Assembly: GCF_004010195.1 (NCBI RefSeq)
Contig: NC_057751.1
Span: 4,480,536-4,525,932, forward strand
Reading direction: 5' to 3'
DNA from: Chiloscyllium plagiosum
Taxonomy: Eukaryota
DNA length: 45,397 bases
Both the position numbers and the translations under genes were made by a program. This document shows, piece by piece, positions 12,026 through 23,161 of this stretch. The notes below the pieces were generated by a model. The model worked only from the letters and a program-made list of their open reading frames with translations. It was not told the DNA's origin and made no database searches. Every line of letters begins with the position of its first letter. The first letter of the stretch is position 1.

Positions 12026-12245
12026 CAGGTCCTACTGCTACAATGTGTGTTTCATTAATGGGAATTCATGATAACATGATTGATGAACTGGGGGGACACT
12101 TTCTATCGCAGGAACTTGTAAAGCTTGAATTGGTTATACCACAATTCCAACTCCATTGATATAAACAGTGCTGCTATTAAGTGATTTTCTTATAACACAT
12201 GGTTGCACAAGAAGGGAACCTACCACGTTATTGCAGAACCGTTTG
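12026..12245. mobile_element. Tigger/pogo-like MITE, degenerate
   Basis: TA|CAGGTCCTACTGCTACAATGTG...CACGTTATTGCAGAACCGTTTG|TA shows imperfect terminal inverted repeats with TA flanks. Confidence 0.5.
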
Positions 12246-12253
12246 TATGGAAA

Positions 12254-12600
12254 TTTTCATTTCAAAGATATACTTTATTCATGAATTATCCATAAGTAAA
12301 CACAACAAGTACAAAATAGCTCTGAACAGACTTTGCAGAATTTTGAAAGTACTCATTAGAGCCTCAATCCAGTTACAATAATGAAAAAATATTTTCTAAT
12401 CATGAAAGGAAACTACATATATTCCCATTAACGCTACAAAGGTACCTGAGAAAGTAGCAGTCCGATCGAAGCTGTGTGTGGGATGGGATGGGTAAGCTCG
12501 TTCAGTGGAGCTTTCCCCCACCCAGCCTCCAATCCAAACCCTCCCTCCACCATCCTCCCACCCCCAACTCAATCAGTGGTAGCTTAGACAGTGGGCTTTC
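12254..12600 (-). mobile_element. Possible L1/Tx1-type LINE 3' end
   Basis: Minus strand ends in AATAAAGTATAT...tttgaaatgaaaa and is preceded by gaaagcccactgtctaa (KPTV*), resembling a Tx1 ORF2 end. Assignment from recall. Confidence 0.4.
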
Positions 12601-12959
12601 TTAAGACAGCATACATCCCACTGGAAGTGATGCAGTGACACGAGACATGATTATCCCTTTGTCCTCTGATATCTTGGTGGCAAGAGAAAACCCCTTTCCA
12701 ATCTTGTTCCTGTTAGTTACGTTCTGAACTTTCAGCTGACTCCAACAGATTCGATGAAGGTTCGCTGGCAACACATTGAGACCAAGGTCTGTGTGAGGTA
12801 ACAGCTTGACACCATCCAAGACAAAGCAGCCCACTTTACTGGGACCATTTCCAACTCTGTTCACCACTTGCGTGAACAGCCCCTTTCTCAGATCACCCCT
12901 GAATGCCTGAGCTTGAATCCGAAGGTGATACATCTTTGTTCTGAACTTTTCCATCAGAG

Positions 12960-13218
12960 GATGTTGCTTCTCTCTGCCAGGGACCCAGGTTCGATTCCAG
13001 TCTCGGGTGACTGTCTGTGTGGAGCTTCCTCCGGGTGCTCTGCTTTCCTCTCACAGTCCAAAGATGTGAAGGTCAGGTGAATTGACCGTGCTAAATTGCC
13101 CACAGTGTTAGGTGCATTAGTCAGAGGGTAATAGGTCTGGGTGAGTTACTCTTCAGAGGGCTAGTGTGGACTTGTTGGGCTGAAGGGCCTGTTTCCACAA
13201 TGTAGGTAATCTAATCTT
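12960..13218 (+). mobile_element. HE1-type SINE
   Basis: B-box ggttcgattcc, then gactgtctgtgtggag...cacagtccaaagatgtg...gaagggcctgtttccaca and a taatctaatct tail. Confidence 0.9.
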
Positions 13219-13510
13219 AAGAGAAAAGAGGTTCCACTCTGCATAACTTGTCCTCACAATGTGGTCCTTTTTAACAACCAGTAGCTTGCCTCTGCTATCA
13301 TTTCATTGGACTCTAGATCCGACCCAGATCCCAGTCAGCCTGTTATCATTAGACCCTATTGAGCACTGTATTACCCACCAGGATCCCAGAGCAATGTCTG
13401 GGGAAACATTTAATAAAATCAGACACTTGACCAGAACCCAGACCATGGGAGGACATGTCAGAAGGTGAAAAGACAATTGGAAGGGCTGCAGAACTAATCA
13501 CAGGAACCCC

Positions 13511-13636
13511 TGAAATAACTACACAGAGGCTGGTATCCTGTCACCAAGTCCCTTTTTATTTTCACATGGAGAATCCTCGATACTGACCCAGCTCCCATAG
13601 TGAACAGAACTTCAGACACTCAGAACCTCAGACACC
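13511..13636 (-). mobile_element. Partial LTR, same family as 13977-14194
   Basis: tgaaataactacacagaggctggtatcctgtcaccaagtccc... aligns with 13977-14100. Confidence 0.65.
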
Positions 13637-13976
13637 ACATCCCCTCTCACGTGACAATTTCCAAAATAATGTAATTTAAAGAGCTGCCTACCATCCTGGG
13701 GCATACCAACTAAGATGTAGAGTGCACACAGTGTAGAACATTTTGGGGTGGAAGGAAATATCAGAAATGAGCATTCAGTCAGAGGAGGACAAATAGATAA
13801 GGATGAAACTGAAAGAGGTCTGGTACACACAGCTTCATGCTAACTATCACGAAAGGATGCAGAGCAACACTCAAAACAGCCAATACGCTATCGATCCATC
13901 ATAAACATCAATAGAATATAAGTAAAAGGGATGAATGATCCAACTATCATGAGTTTATTTTTAATCAGACTACACC

Positions 13977-14194
13977 TGAAATAACTCCACAGAGGCCGGT
14001 ATTCCTTCACTAAGTCACCCTTTATTCACCCGTGGAGAGTCCTTGACACTGACCCAGCTCCCTCAGAGGCAGCTCTCATAGTGAACAGAACCTCAGACAC
14101 TCCTGTTTCTATCTGTCAGACAGTGCTCCCTAATTGGACCCGGTTAACAGCCCCAGTCAGATTCTCTCAGGTCTACCTGGCTGACCTGGTTACA
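13977..14194 (-). mobile_element. Solo LTR (about 218 bp)
   Basis: Minus strand begins TGTAACC and ends TATTTCA, with an internal AATAAA. Flanks are tacacc / aacacc. Confidence 0.75.
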
Positions 14195-14279
14195 AACACC
14201 ATAACCTCCTGTAGCACTGCTCCTGGTTATGGGACAATGATAAATTCTCTGAGAGAAGCAGACGGACCATCACAGACTC

Positions 14280-14565
14280 ACAGACGTGTCAGGGCACAGA
14301 AGAAGGCCATTTGGCCCATCATGCCTGCACTAGCTCATTAATGAGCACTGCAACCTCATGTCAAATCCTGCTTTACTCCCCATAACCTTGCTCATCATCT
14401 CTATTCAAGATTACCACCTAATGCCCCTTTTTAATGCCCCAATTGTACCTTCCTCCACTCGAATCCAGGCAGTGCATTCCAGACCTGAACTGTACCAGTT
14501 TTACCTCACTTTGCTGATCACTTTAAATCTAGGCCCACTCATTCTTGTTCCTCTCAGGAGTGGCA
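14280..14565 (-). mobile_element. Degenerate CR1 LINE 3' end
   Basis: cacagaagaaggccatttggcccatc...ccaggcagtgcattccagacc...actttaaatctaggccc resembles the other minus-strand CR1 ends. Confidence 0.6.
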
Positions 14566-14626
14566 AAGGAATGTAAGGTTTGGGTTAATCTCAGACTCCA
14601 CAGTAACGTTATTGATTCATTTCTAG

Positions 14627-15032
14627 GAACCATTCAGGAATAGGGCAAGGTTGTTTGATTTTAATATCGCATTACTGACACTTTTCAGGTATGTCATTAT
14701 CAGAAAGAAAATCCTCATTTATCCAAGTGAGGGAAACAACTTGGAAATATACATACCCTGCAGGCTATCATTTGTATTCAGTGAGATGATCAGCTGCTTT
14801 GTAATGGGACTGTTATAAGAAGATTAACTCACTCAATATTTTTCATTTAATTTTTGCTCTGATGAAATGATGATCTTCCTTTCCCATTTTCTCCATGAAC
14901 CTGTTGACATTGCTGACTGACAGGCAAGGAAGCTGCTTTCTCAACAGCCTTTCGGAGACGGACATAGCTGACGTTGGAGAACTGGCATGTGAGAAGACTC
15001 ATTCAACTCCAGTGACTGTGAATCAATTTTAA
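14627..15032 (+). CDS. Candidate two-exon 3' end (14627-14688, 14924-15032), unidentified
   Basis: tttctag|...TTCAG|gtatgt and ctgacag|. The phase-2 join reads EPFRNRARLFDFNIALLTLFR-QGSCFLNSLSETDIADVGELACEKTHSTPVTVNQF*. AATAAA at 15054-15059. Confidence 0.2.
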
Positions 15033-15219
15033 TGCAGAAATAATGTGTCAAACAATAAACATATTGATGGAATTTTATTTTGGTCTTCGTTGTTGATGTA
15101 ACAGATTTTAAATATCAGTCACAGGACTTTCTCAGGCCTCAGTGGACTCCACAAATATACCCCACTTTCAGTGACAGGGGAGCCTGACGTTCAGCTCGAA
15201 GTGCCAATTGGATGATCCA

Positions 15220-15408
15220 TCTCAGGAAAGACTCTGGGCCCAGTCAATATTCCGGCAATAGTCCTGAAGATTTGTGCTCCAGAACCTGCCACTCCCCTAG
15301 CCAAGCTGTTCCAGTACAGTTACAACACTGACATCTACCCGACAATGTGGTAAATTGGCCAGGTATGTCCTGTACATGAAGCAAGGACAAATCCAACCCG
15401 GCCAATTC
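15220..15408 (+). mobile_element. L2/CR1-group LINE internal fragment (pre-RT region)
   Basis: Reads GPVNIPAIVLKICAPEPATPLAKLFQYSYNTDIYPTMW*IGQVCPVH...DKSNPAN. Reverse-complement homolog of 18560-18815. Confidence 0.85.
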
Positions 15409-17049
15409 TGCGAATTAAAAGTTGTTAAAGACATTTGATTGAATGGTCGATTCTTACACAGGGAGAATAACTAGCCACTAGTTGGTGAGCATGTGATGTC
15501 TCATGGTCAACTCAGCTCTGAAATGGATTCCTGAGAGGGTGCGGCTGAGATTCCAACCTTGTTTTCCAACACCAGCATCATCAGCGGCTGGGCGAGTTCC
15601 TCACACATTCAACTCCTTCCAGGAGTCGTTATTGTACCTGACGTTTCTCATTGTGAAATTGAAGCCACAGTCAGGGTGAGTGAGCTCAGTCCCAGGCCAG
15701 TAGGCTGTGACATGCTGCCCAATAAAATGCATCAGCCTTAACTCCTCCAGGTCATGGGTCACAAAGCATTTACATTGTGCTGTGTCGCAGGTCAGCAGGA
15801 TCAGGTTGTGCAGGGTCAAAGGTTAGATGCTGGCTTACAGGGGAAGGGTTATGGGTTAAACCATTGGAACAGGAGCAAGCCATTTGACCCTTTAACCTGC
15901 ACTGCTATTCAGTCAGATTATGTCTGCTGCGCTTCTGCGTTGATATCCATATTCCCATCTGCTGCCCAAAGCCCCTTTCACCTCCCTGCCTCACAAGAAT
16001 CTCTCTGCCTCACCTTCAAAATATTTTTTCATGACCCTCCTGTCCAGCTTCGCTTCCTGAGACAGGGAGTTGCGAAGGTGGACAATGTGGTGAGAAGTTT
16101 CAGAAGAAACATTTGTTCAAACCCTTTGCAGGTGCAGCGATCTAACTTCTGTGAAGAGCTGGGAGCTGTTCAAAGCCCCACCAAACCATTGGCTTGTCTT
16201 TGAGAGACAAAAGGCAAACCATAAAATTCACACTAAAGTCTCCCGAATTTGCCAAGGTCTGTCCGGATGTGTGGGCTGAAGGGGTCCTGACGTCTGCATA
16301 TTATTGCAGGTGTCTGATCGGGGAGCCAGTTCTTAATCAGATTGTGAATCTGAGGAATTCATTCCCTTTGTTCATGCTCTCTATCAATTCATGCTGGCCT
16401 TTCTATTGTCCCTCCCCTCCCTCCCCAGATATCACCCTGTCTTCATGCTGAACTGAATACAAAGAGATGGGGTGGAGAAGGCAAGAGCATCTTATTCACA
16501 CTGAGACTGACATGCAGCATAAAATATAGATGTCCTGGGACCAGCAAAATTGCTGAGTCAGCCTCTTCCAGCCCCAGATGAAATCCAATAATTACTCAAG
16601 GACACATTAGGCAGCAGGCTCTGAAAGAACAAAGCATTTCTGCAGTTTAGGCAGAACCATTTTGCAATATGTGAGCATTCGAAATGGGCTTGTACTCTGC
16701 CAGAACCATTAGCCCTCTGTCAGGCCACAACCAGTTCATTCCCTCTTCCCAGCTCAGAGTTTCTTCCAGTCAGGACTGAGGCACCTCTCAGGCCCAAGAG
16801 GAGGAACCTGGTGCTAAAATCATTACTAAACATTTTGTCAGGTGCTGGAGTTGAACATTGAATACGCTCAAGAGGGCTGAATGGCTTCCTCCTGTTCCTG
16901 TGTCTCAGACAGGCAATGAGGTAGGCATATCTATGGATCCCATTACTGCACACCAGTGACCAGAATCTATTGGCCCCTGTCCTTTGCACCTCCCTTTCTG
17001 CAAATCACACCACTCAGGCAGACAGACAAAGCTTCACGTTTGCCTGTTT

Positions 17050-17450
17050 CACAACAAAGGAAACTGCGCATTTACATAGAGCCTTTTCACAAGGTGTTCC
17101 AAACTGCTTTCGTATCAATGAATCAGTTATGAAGAGGTGTCGCTGCTGTAATATCAGACGTGATGTGTGCAGAGCAAGTCCCACATCAAGCCAAGTGATA
17201 ACAATCATACCGTCCCGTTGACTTGCAATCACGTTTGGTGCTCTCGACATTGTCCAAGACGCAAGGGAAATCTCCCCGCTCCCTGTCAAATTGGAGTCAT
17301 TGGATATTCAACAACCAAACGGTGCCTCAGATGAACATCTCATGCCAAAGGCACAGAATGTCTGAAAGTGCCCCAGGTCTGCAGTGATTTGAATGCCTCA
17401 AAAGCTCTCAGTGGGAATTGAACCAGGCAAACCAGACTTAGAGCCAAGAG
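17050..17450 (-). mobile_element. Degenerate SacSINE1/DeuSINE-like SINE
   Basis: Tail actgcgcatttacatagagccttttcac, core acggtgcctcagatgaacatctcat, B-box reverse complement gggaattgaacc. Confidence 0.55.
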
Positions 17451-18604
17451 TGTCACCTATTCAGCAAGAGCTCACACCAAGTCACTGTGTTTTAAACATT
17501 CCATCACAGGATGTGGGTACCACTGGCTGGGCCCACAATTTATTGGCCATCCCTAATTGCTCCTTGAGAGGGTGGGGGTGAGTTGCCTTCCAGAACCGCT
17601 GCAATCCATGTGTTGTGGATGGCCCACAATGCCCTCAGGGAGGGATTTCCAGGATTTTGATCCAGAGACACTGAAGGAACGGTGATGTATTTCCAAGTCA
17701 GGATGGTGAGTGGCTCAGAGGGGAACGTGCAGGGGGTGATGTTACCATGTACCTCCTGCCCTTGTCCTTCCAGATGGAAGTGGTTGTGGGTTTGGAAAGT
17801 GATGTTGGACGATCTTTGGTGATTTTCTGCAGTACATTAAGTAGATAGTACACACTGCTGCTACTGAGCTTCAGTGGTGGATGGAGTGGATGTTTGTGGA
17901 TGTGTTGCCAGTCAAGCGGGCTGCTTTGTCCTGGATGGTGTTGAGCTTCTTAAGTGTTGTTGGAGCTGCCCCCAGCCAGGCAAGTGGGGAATATTCCATC
18001 ACCCTCCTGACTTTTGCCTTGTAGATGGTGGACAGGCACTAAGGAGTCAGGAGGTGAGTTACTTGCTGCAGTATTCCTCATCTCTGACCTGCTCTTGTAG
18101 TCACTGTGTTTATGTGGTGAGTCCAGTTGAATTTCTGGTCAATCGTCAACCCCACAATGTTGATTGTGGGGGATTCAGTGATGGTAACACCATTGAATGT
18201 CAAGGGGCGGCGATTAGGTTGTCCCTTACTGGACATTGTCATTGCTTGGCATTGCGTGATGCAAATGCTATTTGCAATATGTCAGCCCAGACCTGGATCT
18301 TGTTACATTTGAACATGGCCTGGTTCAGTATTTGAGGAGCCAAAATGGTGCTGAACATCGTGCAATCATTGGCAAAAATCCCCACTTCTGACCTTCTGAT
18401 CGAGGGAAGGTCATTTATATTTGAACCAAGGCCTTAATGAGGTTAGGAGTGGAGTGGCCTTGGTGGAATCCAAACTGGGCATCACTGAGCACTGTTGATG
18501 ACACCTTTCATTACTTTTCTGACGATCAAGTGTAGACTGATGGGGCAGTCGTTAGCCAGGTTGGATTTGTCCTGTTTTTTATTGTTAAGGACATACCTGG
18601 ACAA

Positions 18605-18700
18605 CATTCCTGATGAAGGGCTTTTGCCCGAAACGTCGATTTCAAAGCTCCTTGGATGCTGCCTGAACTGCTGTGCTCTTCCAGCACCACTAATGCAAAA
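18605..18700 (+). mobile_element. PLE pseudo-LTR insertion (family A) nested in LINE
   Basis: cattcctgatgaagggcttttgcccgaaacgtcgat...gctgcctgaactgctgtgctcttccagcaccactaat splits the host sequence ggacatacctggacaa|ttttccac. Confidence 0.85.
18606..18641 (+). ncRNA. Minimal type I hammerhead ribozyme motif
   Basis: CTGATGA (18610-16), A, stem II GGGC-TTTT-GCCC, GAAA (18630-33), palindromic ACGT stem III, GTC triplet (18635-37). Stem I is weak. Confidence 0.75.
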
Positions 18701-19137
18701 TTTTCCACCTTGTCAGGTATCAGCCAGTGTTGAACTGTACTGGACCAGAGGGAGTGGCAAGTTCTGGAGCACAGGTCTTCAGTACTATTGCTGGAACGTT
18801 GGCAGGGCCCATAGCCTGTGCAGTACCCAGTGCCTCCAACCACTTCTTGATATTATAGGGTGTGAATCAAATTGGCTGGAGGCTGGTATCTGTGATACTG
18901 GGGACCACTGCAGGAGGCTGAGATGGATCATCCACTCAGCACTTCTGGCTGAAGATTCCTGCGAACGATTCAGCCTTAACATGTGCACTTCTGTGCTGGG
19001 CTATTCCGTTGTTGAGGACGGGGATTTTTGTGAAGTGAGTTGTTTAATTGTCCACCACCAATTCATGAGTGGATGCGGCAGGACTGATCTGATCTGCTAA
19101 ATGTAGGATAGCTTATCTCTGCCTATCACTTGCTGCA

Positions 19138-19530
19138 TATAGTCATAGAGTCATAGAGATGTACAGCACGGAAACAGACCCTGTGGTCCAACCCATCCAT
19201 GCCGACCAGATATCCCAACCCAATCTAGTCCCACCTGCCAGCACCAGGCNNNNNNNNNNNNNNNNNNNNNNNNNNNNNNNNNNNNNNNCTTCATCTATTT
19301 ACCCTATCCATGCCCCTCATAATTTTGTAAATCTCTGTAAGTTCACCCCTCAGCCTCCGACGCTCCAGGGAAAACAGCCCCAGCCTGTTCAGCCTCTCCC
19401 CGTGGCTCAAATCCTCCAACCCTAGCAACATCTTTGTAAATCTTTTCTGAACCCTTTCAAATTTCACAACATCTTCCTGATAGGAAGGAGACCAGAATTG
19501 CACGCAATATTCCAGCAGTGGCCTAACCCT
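19138..19530 (-). mobile_element. CR1 LINE 3' portion spanning an assembly gap
   Basis: ORF contains VRPLLEYCVQFWSPSYQEDVVKFERVQKRFTKML...LGLFSLERRRLRGEL. atagagtcatagag tail. Confidence 0.95.
19250..19288. other. Assembly gap (39 N)
   Basis: Run of n characters. Confidence 1.
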
Positions 19531-20344
19531 ATGAACAATCCTGTTTAGTAACCTCATCAGCTCATTTTTCGGTCTGTGTAAAAATTAGACTAAAATAGCA
19601 CACTGTCTCATTGCAGTTTTCATGTTGGGAAAAGGATCGAAGTCTGCTTGCTGTCTAATTTATAGGTTAATATCCCTAAAGGTGCGAGGACCACACTTCC
19701 TCATGGGCAACTTGTCTGGGTTTTTACAAGCTCAGTGTGATTTAGCAGTGCTGTGGATGCAGATGAATTGTAAAACCAGTCCATCCTGGTAATATACAAC
19801 CCCTGCAAAAGAAACTGCAATATGGGGCTGCTCACATCCTCTGCAATTTGAAAGCTCAGGAGCCTCATTCATAATTCACGCCTGCACATTACATGAAATC
19901 AATGAGAGGCTGATTTGAAGCAGACCAAAAAAAAAACCTCTGCAGCCGATCTATTTTACAACAGACATCAATAGTGCAAGAAGAAATCTGCCTTGTTGTG
20001 CAGGTTTTGCAGAATATTCGATGAGGCTGCAACCTTTCCAAAGTTACCAGTTGCAGAGGGGCTTCAGTCAGTGAAATGCAATGTGTTTAACTGATCTGAT
20101 TGAAGAGGGTGGGCTTCAATCAGATGGAAGAGGAGTAGGACAGTGGGTGAGGGAGGGGGTGTGGAAGTGTCATAACCTCCCCCCCCCCCCCTTTCCATTG
20201 AACCAGACCAAGAGCCAACTTTGTTCATCGATGTTTGCCAGAAGCAACATCCATCACACGCAGAGACCCTCTCTCTGCAAACAAAAGGAATCAGTTCCAG
20301 CCTTGTGCCATTTCTGAACTCCCCACCGGCTTGCCCAGGATATT

Positions 20345-20455
20345 GTGCTTATTTCCCCTCAGGTCCCTTTTAAATATTTCCCCCGTCACCTTAATGCCCT
20401 CTAGTTTTGGACTCCCCGACCCTGGGGAAAAGACCTCAGCTATTCACCCCGAGCA
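20345..20455 (-). mobile_element. Short CR1 fragment
   Basis: cccctcaggtcccttttaaat...ccctctagttttggactcccc...ggggaaaagacc matches other CR1 copies. Confidence 0.7.
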
Positions 20456-21427
20456 TCCTTCAGAGTAACCACAGCCAGCGCAGGAACTGAACCTGCACTG
20501 CATCACAAACAGAGCCGCCCACTCACACAGAGCTAACTGCCTTCTGTGCGAGTGCACCCTTATATCAGCCTGCACCAAAACCAAGCTCTGCAGAGCAAGG
20601 CAACATCAGAATGTTTACTGAAGGACTCTTGGGAATGGGCATTAAATGCTGGCCCACATCTCTTGAAAGAACAAAAGGGAGGAGCAGGAGGAAGGAGACA
20701 GAGAGAGAGAGAGAGCGATAACTCAGTGCTGAAGACAGGTTAGAATGCTGGAAGCAGTTATGACGAGAAGATATAAAAAGTGAAGCTACAGCAGCAATAA
20801 AAAACCATCTCACCAGAGACAGAAAGCATTGCTTGTTACAGTTTTTGAAAGAAACTGCAGTGTGGACCATTGCACCCTCCTGGTTATGAAGTCATAAATA
20901 GTGTGCTGGAGCAGTTTATTGCAGCTCAGTCTCACCCATTTATCTTTCATTTCATTTCACTGGATTCACTCCAGAAAATGCTCTCAGGGTTTGTGACAAA
21001 CTGCCTGCCTCCACAATCCAATCCAATCCTGAAACACCCCTTGTGAGTTTGTCACCGAGCAATAGAAATTAATGATTTGGTGACTATCGCTTTATTAATC
21101 CAAGGCTTTCTGTTTAATCGTTCTCTCAGTCCATTCTTTCTTCCTGGTGTCTCCCAATTTCCATTTCCATTTTTAAATCCAGAAGACATTTACTGTCTTC
21201 AATGACCATTCAAAGGAAGGCCAGTGTTTGGAGCTGATTCCTAACTGCTCGAGTGAGGGTGACCACACCCATCCCCTGGGACCATTCTGATGAGGCCAGA
21301 TTCTGTTTCCGTCGTGACTGAACAATGGTATAGACCCACTTGGAAGAGGACATGACTTGCAGGGGAGCTCTCATCTTTGCTTTCAAATCAGTCTCTGATC
21401 TCAGGCCTCCCCATCCACACCCGCAAG

Positions 21428-21622
21428 CCTAACCCTCACCCTGACACGAACCCAAACTTTAATCCTAATCCTAACTCTAACCCTAACAAGAACCCCAATT
21501 CTAATCTGAATTTAAAACCTGACCCTAACTCTAACCTTTAACCCTAACATGACCCCTAACTCTAACCCATACTCTAATCCCAACTCCAACCCTAACCCTA
21601 ACCCTAATTCTAACCTAACCTG
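21428..21622 (+). repeat. Degenerate telomere-like (CCCTAA)n array, left part
   Basis: About 30 hexamers such as cctaac/ctctaa/atccta, including perfect ccctaaccctaaccctaa near 21590-21607. Confidence 0.9.
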
Positions 21623-21650
21623 CCTTGTGAAAACGTTGCCTTAGCTTTCA

Positions 21651-21948
21651 GGGGGTGGCTCAGTGGTTAGCACTGCTGCCTCACAGCGCCAGGGACTCGG
21701 GTTCAATTCCAGCCTCGGGCGACTGTCTGTGTGGAGTTTGCACATTCTCCACGTGTCTGCGTGGATTTCCTCACACAGTCCAAAGGTGTGCAGGTTAGGG
21801 TGAATTGGCCATGGGAAATTGCCCACAATGATAGGTGCATTAGTAGGGAGTAGGGGAATGGGTCTAGGTGGTTACTCTCCGGAGAGTCAGTGTGGACTTG
21901 TTGGGTCAAAGGGCCTGTTTGCACACTGTAACGAATCTAATCTAATCT
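21651..21948 (+). mobile_element. HE1-type SINE, near full length
   Basis: A-box TGGCTCAGTGG (21656-66), B-box GGTTCAATTCC (21700-10), core gactgtctgtgtggagtttgcacattctcc, (AATCT)3 tail. Confidence 0.95.
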
Positions 21949-22231
21949 TTACTGTAACTCTTACCCAAACTGTAATCTGAACTTTTAACCTAGCCCTAAC
22001 TCTGACCCTTACTTTATCCCCAACCCTAATTCTAACCCTTATTTCAATCCTAACTCTCATGCTAACCCCAACTCTAACCCTAATGTGAACCCTAATTCTC
22101 ACCCTTACTCTAATCCCAACTCCAACCTGAACCCTAATTCTCACCCTTACTTTAACCCTAACTCCAATCCTAACCTTAACTCGAACCCTTAGTTTAATCC
22201 TAACTCTCACCCTAACTCTAACCTCAACCCC
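21949..22231 (+). repeat. Degenerate telomere-like (CCCTAA)n array, right part
   Basis: About 47 in-phase hexamers (ccctaa/ctctaa/cccaac/cttact variants). Confidence 0.9.
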
Positions 22232-23161
22232 TCTGAGATCTCTGTGTTTGTCTCATTCCCACACTGAACACTGTTGGCAGCTGTGCCCTGTGTTAGTTAC
22301 CTGGGCATAGAGCCCTGGGATTTCCCAAAACAAACCTCTCTACCTTTCTGCCTGGAAAGAGCCAGGGTTAGCTACTCATTTAATTGCAGGATCTGGGTCA
22401 ATTGCAATCACAGACTAAGTGCATCAGGAGCTAAAAAGGCTCAGGCTCATGACAAAACCACATGGCTAGGAGGGTTTCACAATCCTCACTGAAGTTTTCA
22501 CAGCCAGTAAAGAATCATGATAGCAATCCCAATGACTACTAATCTTCACCTCCAGCTAACTGCAGCCCTTCATCTTTTGAGTGAAGTCTACCTCTGTCTT
22601 CTCACCTTCAAATGAAGGTCCAGTCTGGTCCCCATCTTGGCTCTGTACATGATCAGGTGATCCTCAGGTCAGTCAGGACTGACCCAGTTGGCCTTCCATG
22701 ATGGTACCCAGAGTCTGGCCTGAATCCTTGTCATTGTTCGTCAGAGGCAGGCCGGAGAAGGATCATCACCAGGTTCATACCTCCTGGTTTTTGTACATTA
22801 ACAGAGACCCCTTCAAGTGACTGACTTGCACTGAACCTACTTCACTGTTTCTTAACAGAACCAGCCTTTGCTGATTAAAAGTCTCCACAATCCAAGGACT
22901 TTAAACTTCACAGGAACTGAATTCGTCCTTTTCATTAGTTCTCAACATGCCATGGCTAATGTGGAATTTCAGCAAATATTCAACTCAGCTCATCAACTGT
23001 GATTCTTGCTTCAGTTCCATACTGAATGTACTGTCACTTATATAAATTAAGGATATTACAACTAAGTTCTCACTGTGCCACAACTAAATAATCTCAGAGA
23101 ATCTCTCTCTTCCCCTTTCCAACAAACTGTACCTTTGACTTTGCTCATCCAGAATTACACC

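Larger units (their letters stand above)
17490..19138 (-). mobile_element. L2/CR1-group LINE, largest fragment (RT region to 3' end, internally deleted)
   Basis: Minus strand gives RSEVGIFANDCTMFST (decayed FADD), QFGFHQGHS and IQDKAARL. There is an internal deletion near 18420 and a nested insertion at 18605-18700. Confidence 0.9.

Noticed and set aside
18495..19100. Longest ORF in the track (201 aa)
   Set aside because: It is antisense to a LINE RT region and reads through a nested pseudo-LTR. It is not a gene.
21651..21720. tRNA gene (A and B boxes)
   Set aside because: It is the tRNA-derived head of an HE1 SINE, continuous with the SINE body and tail. The same applies to 37385-37454.
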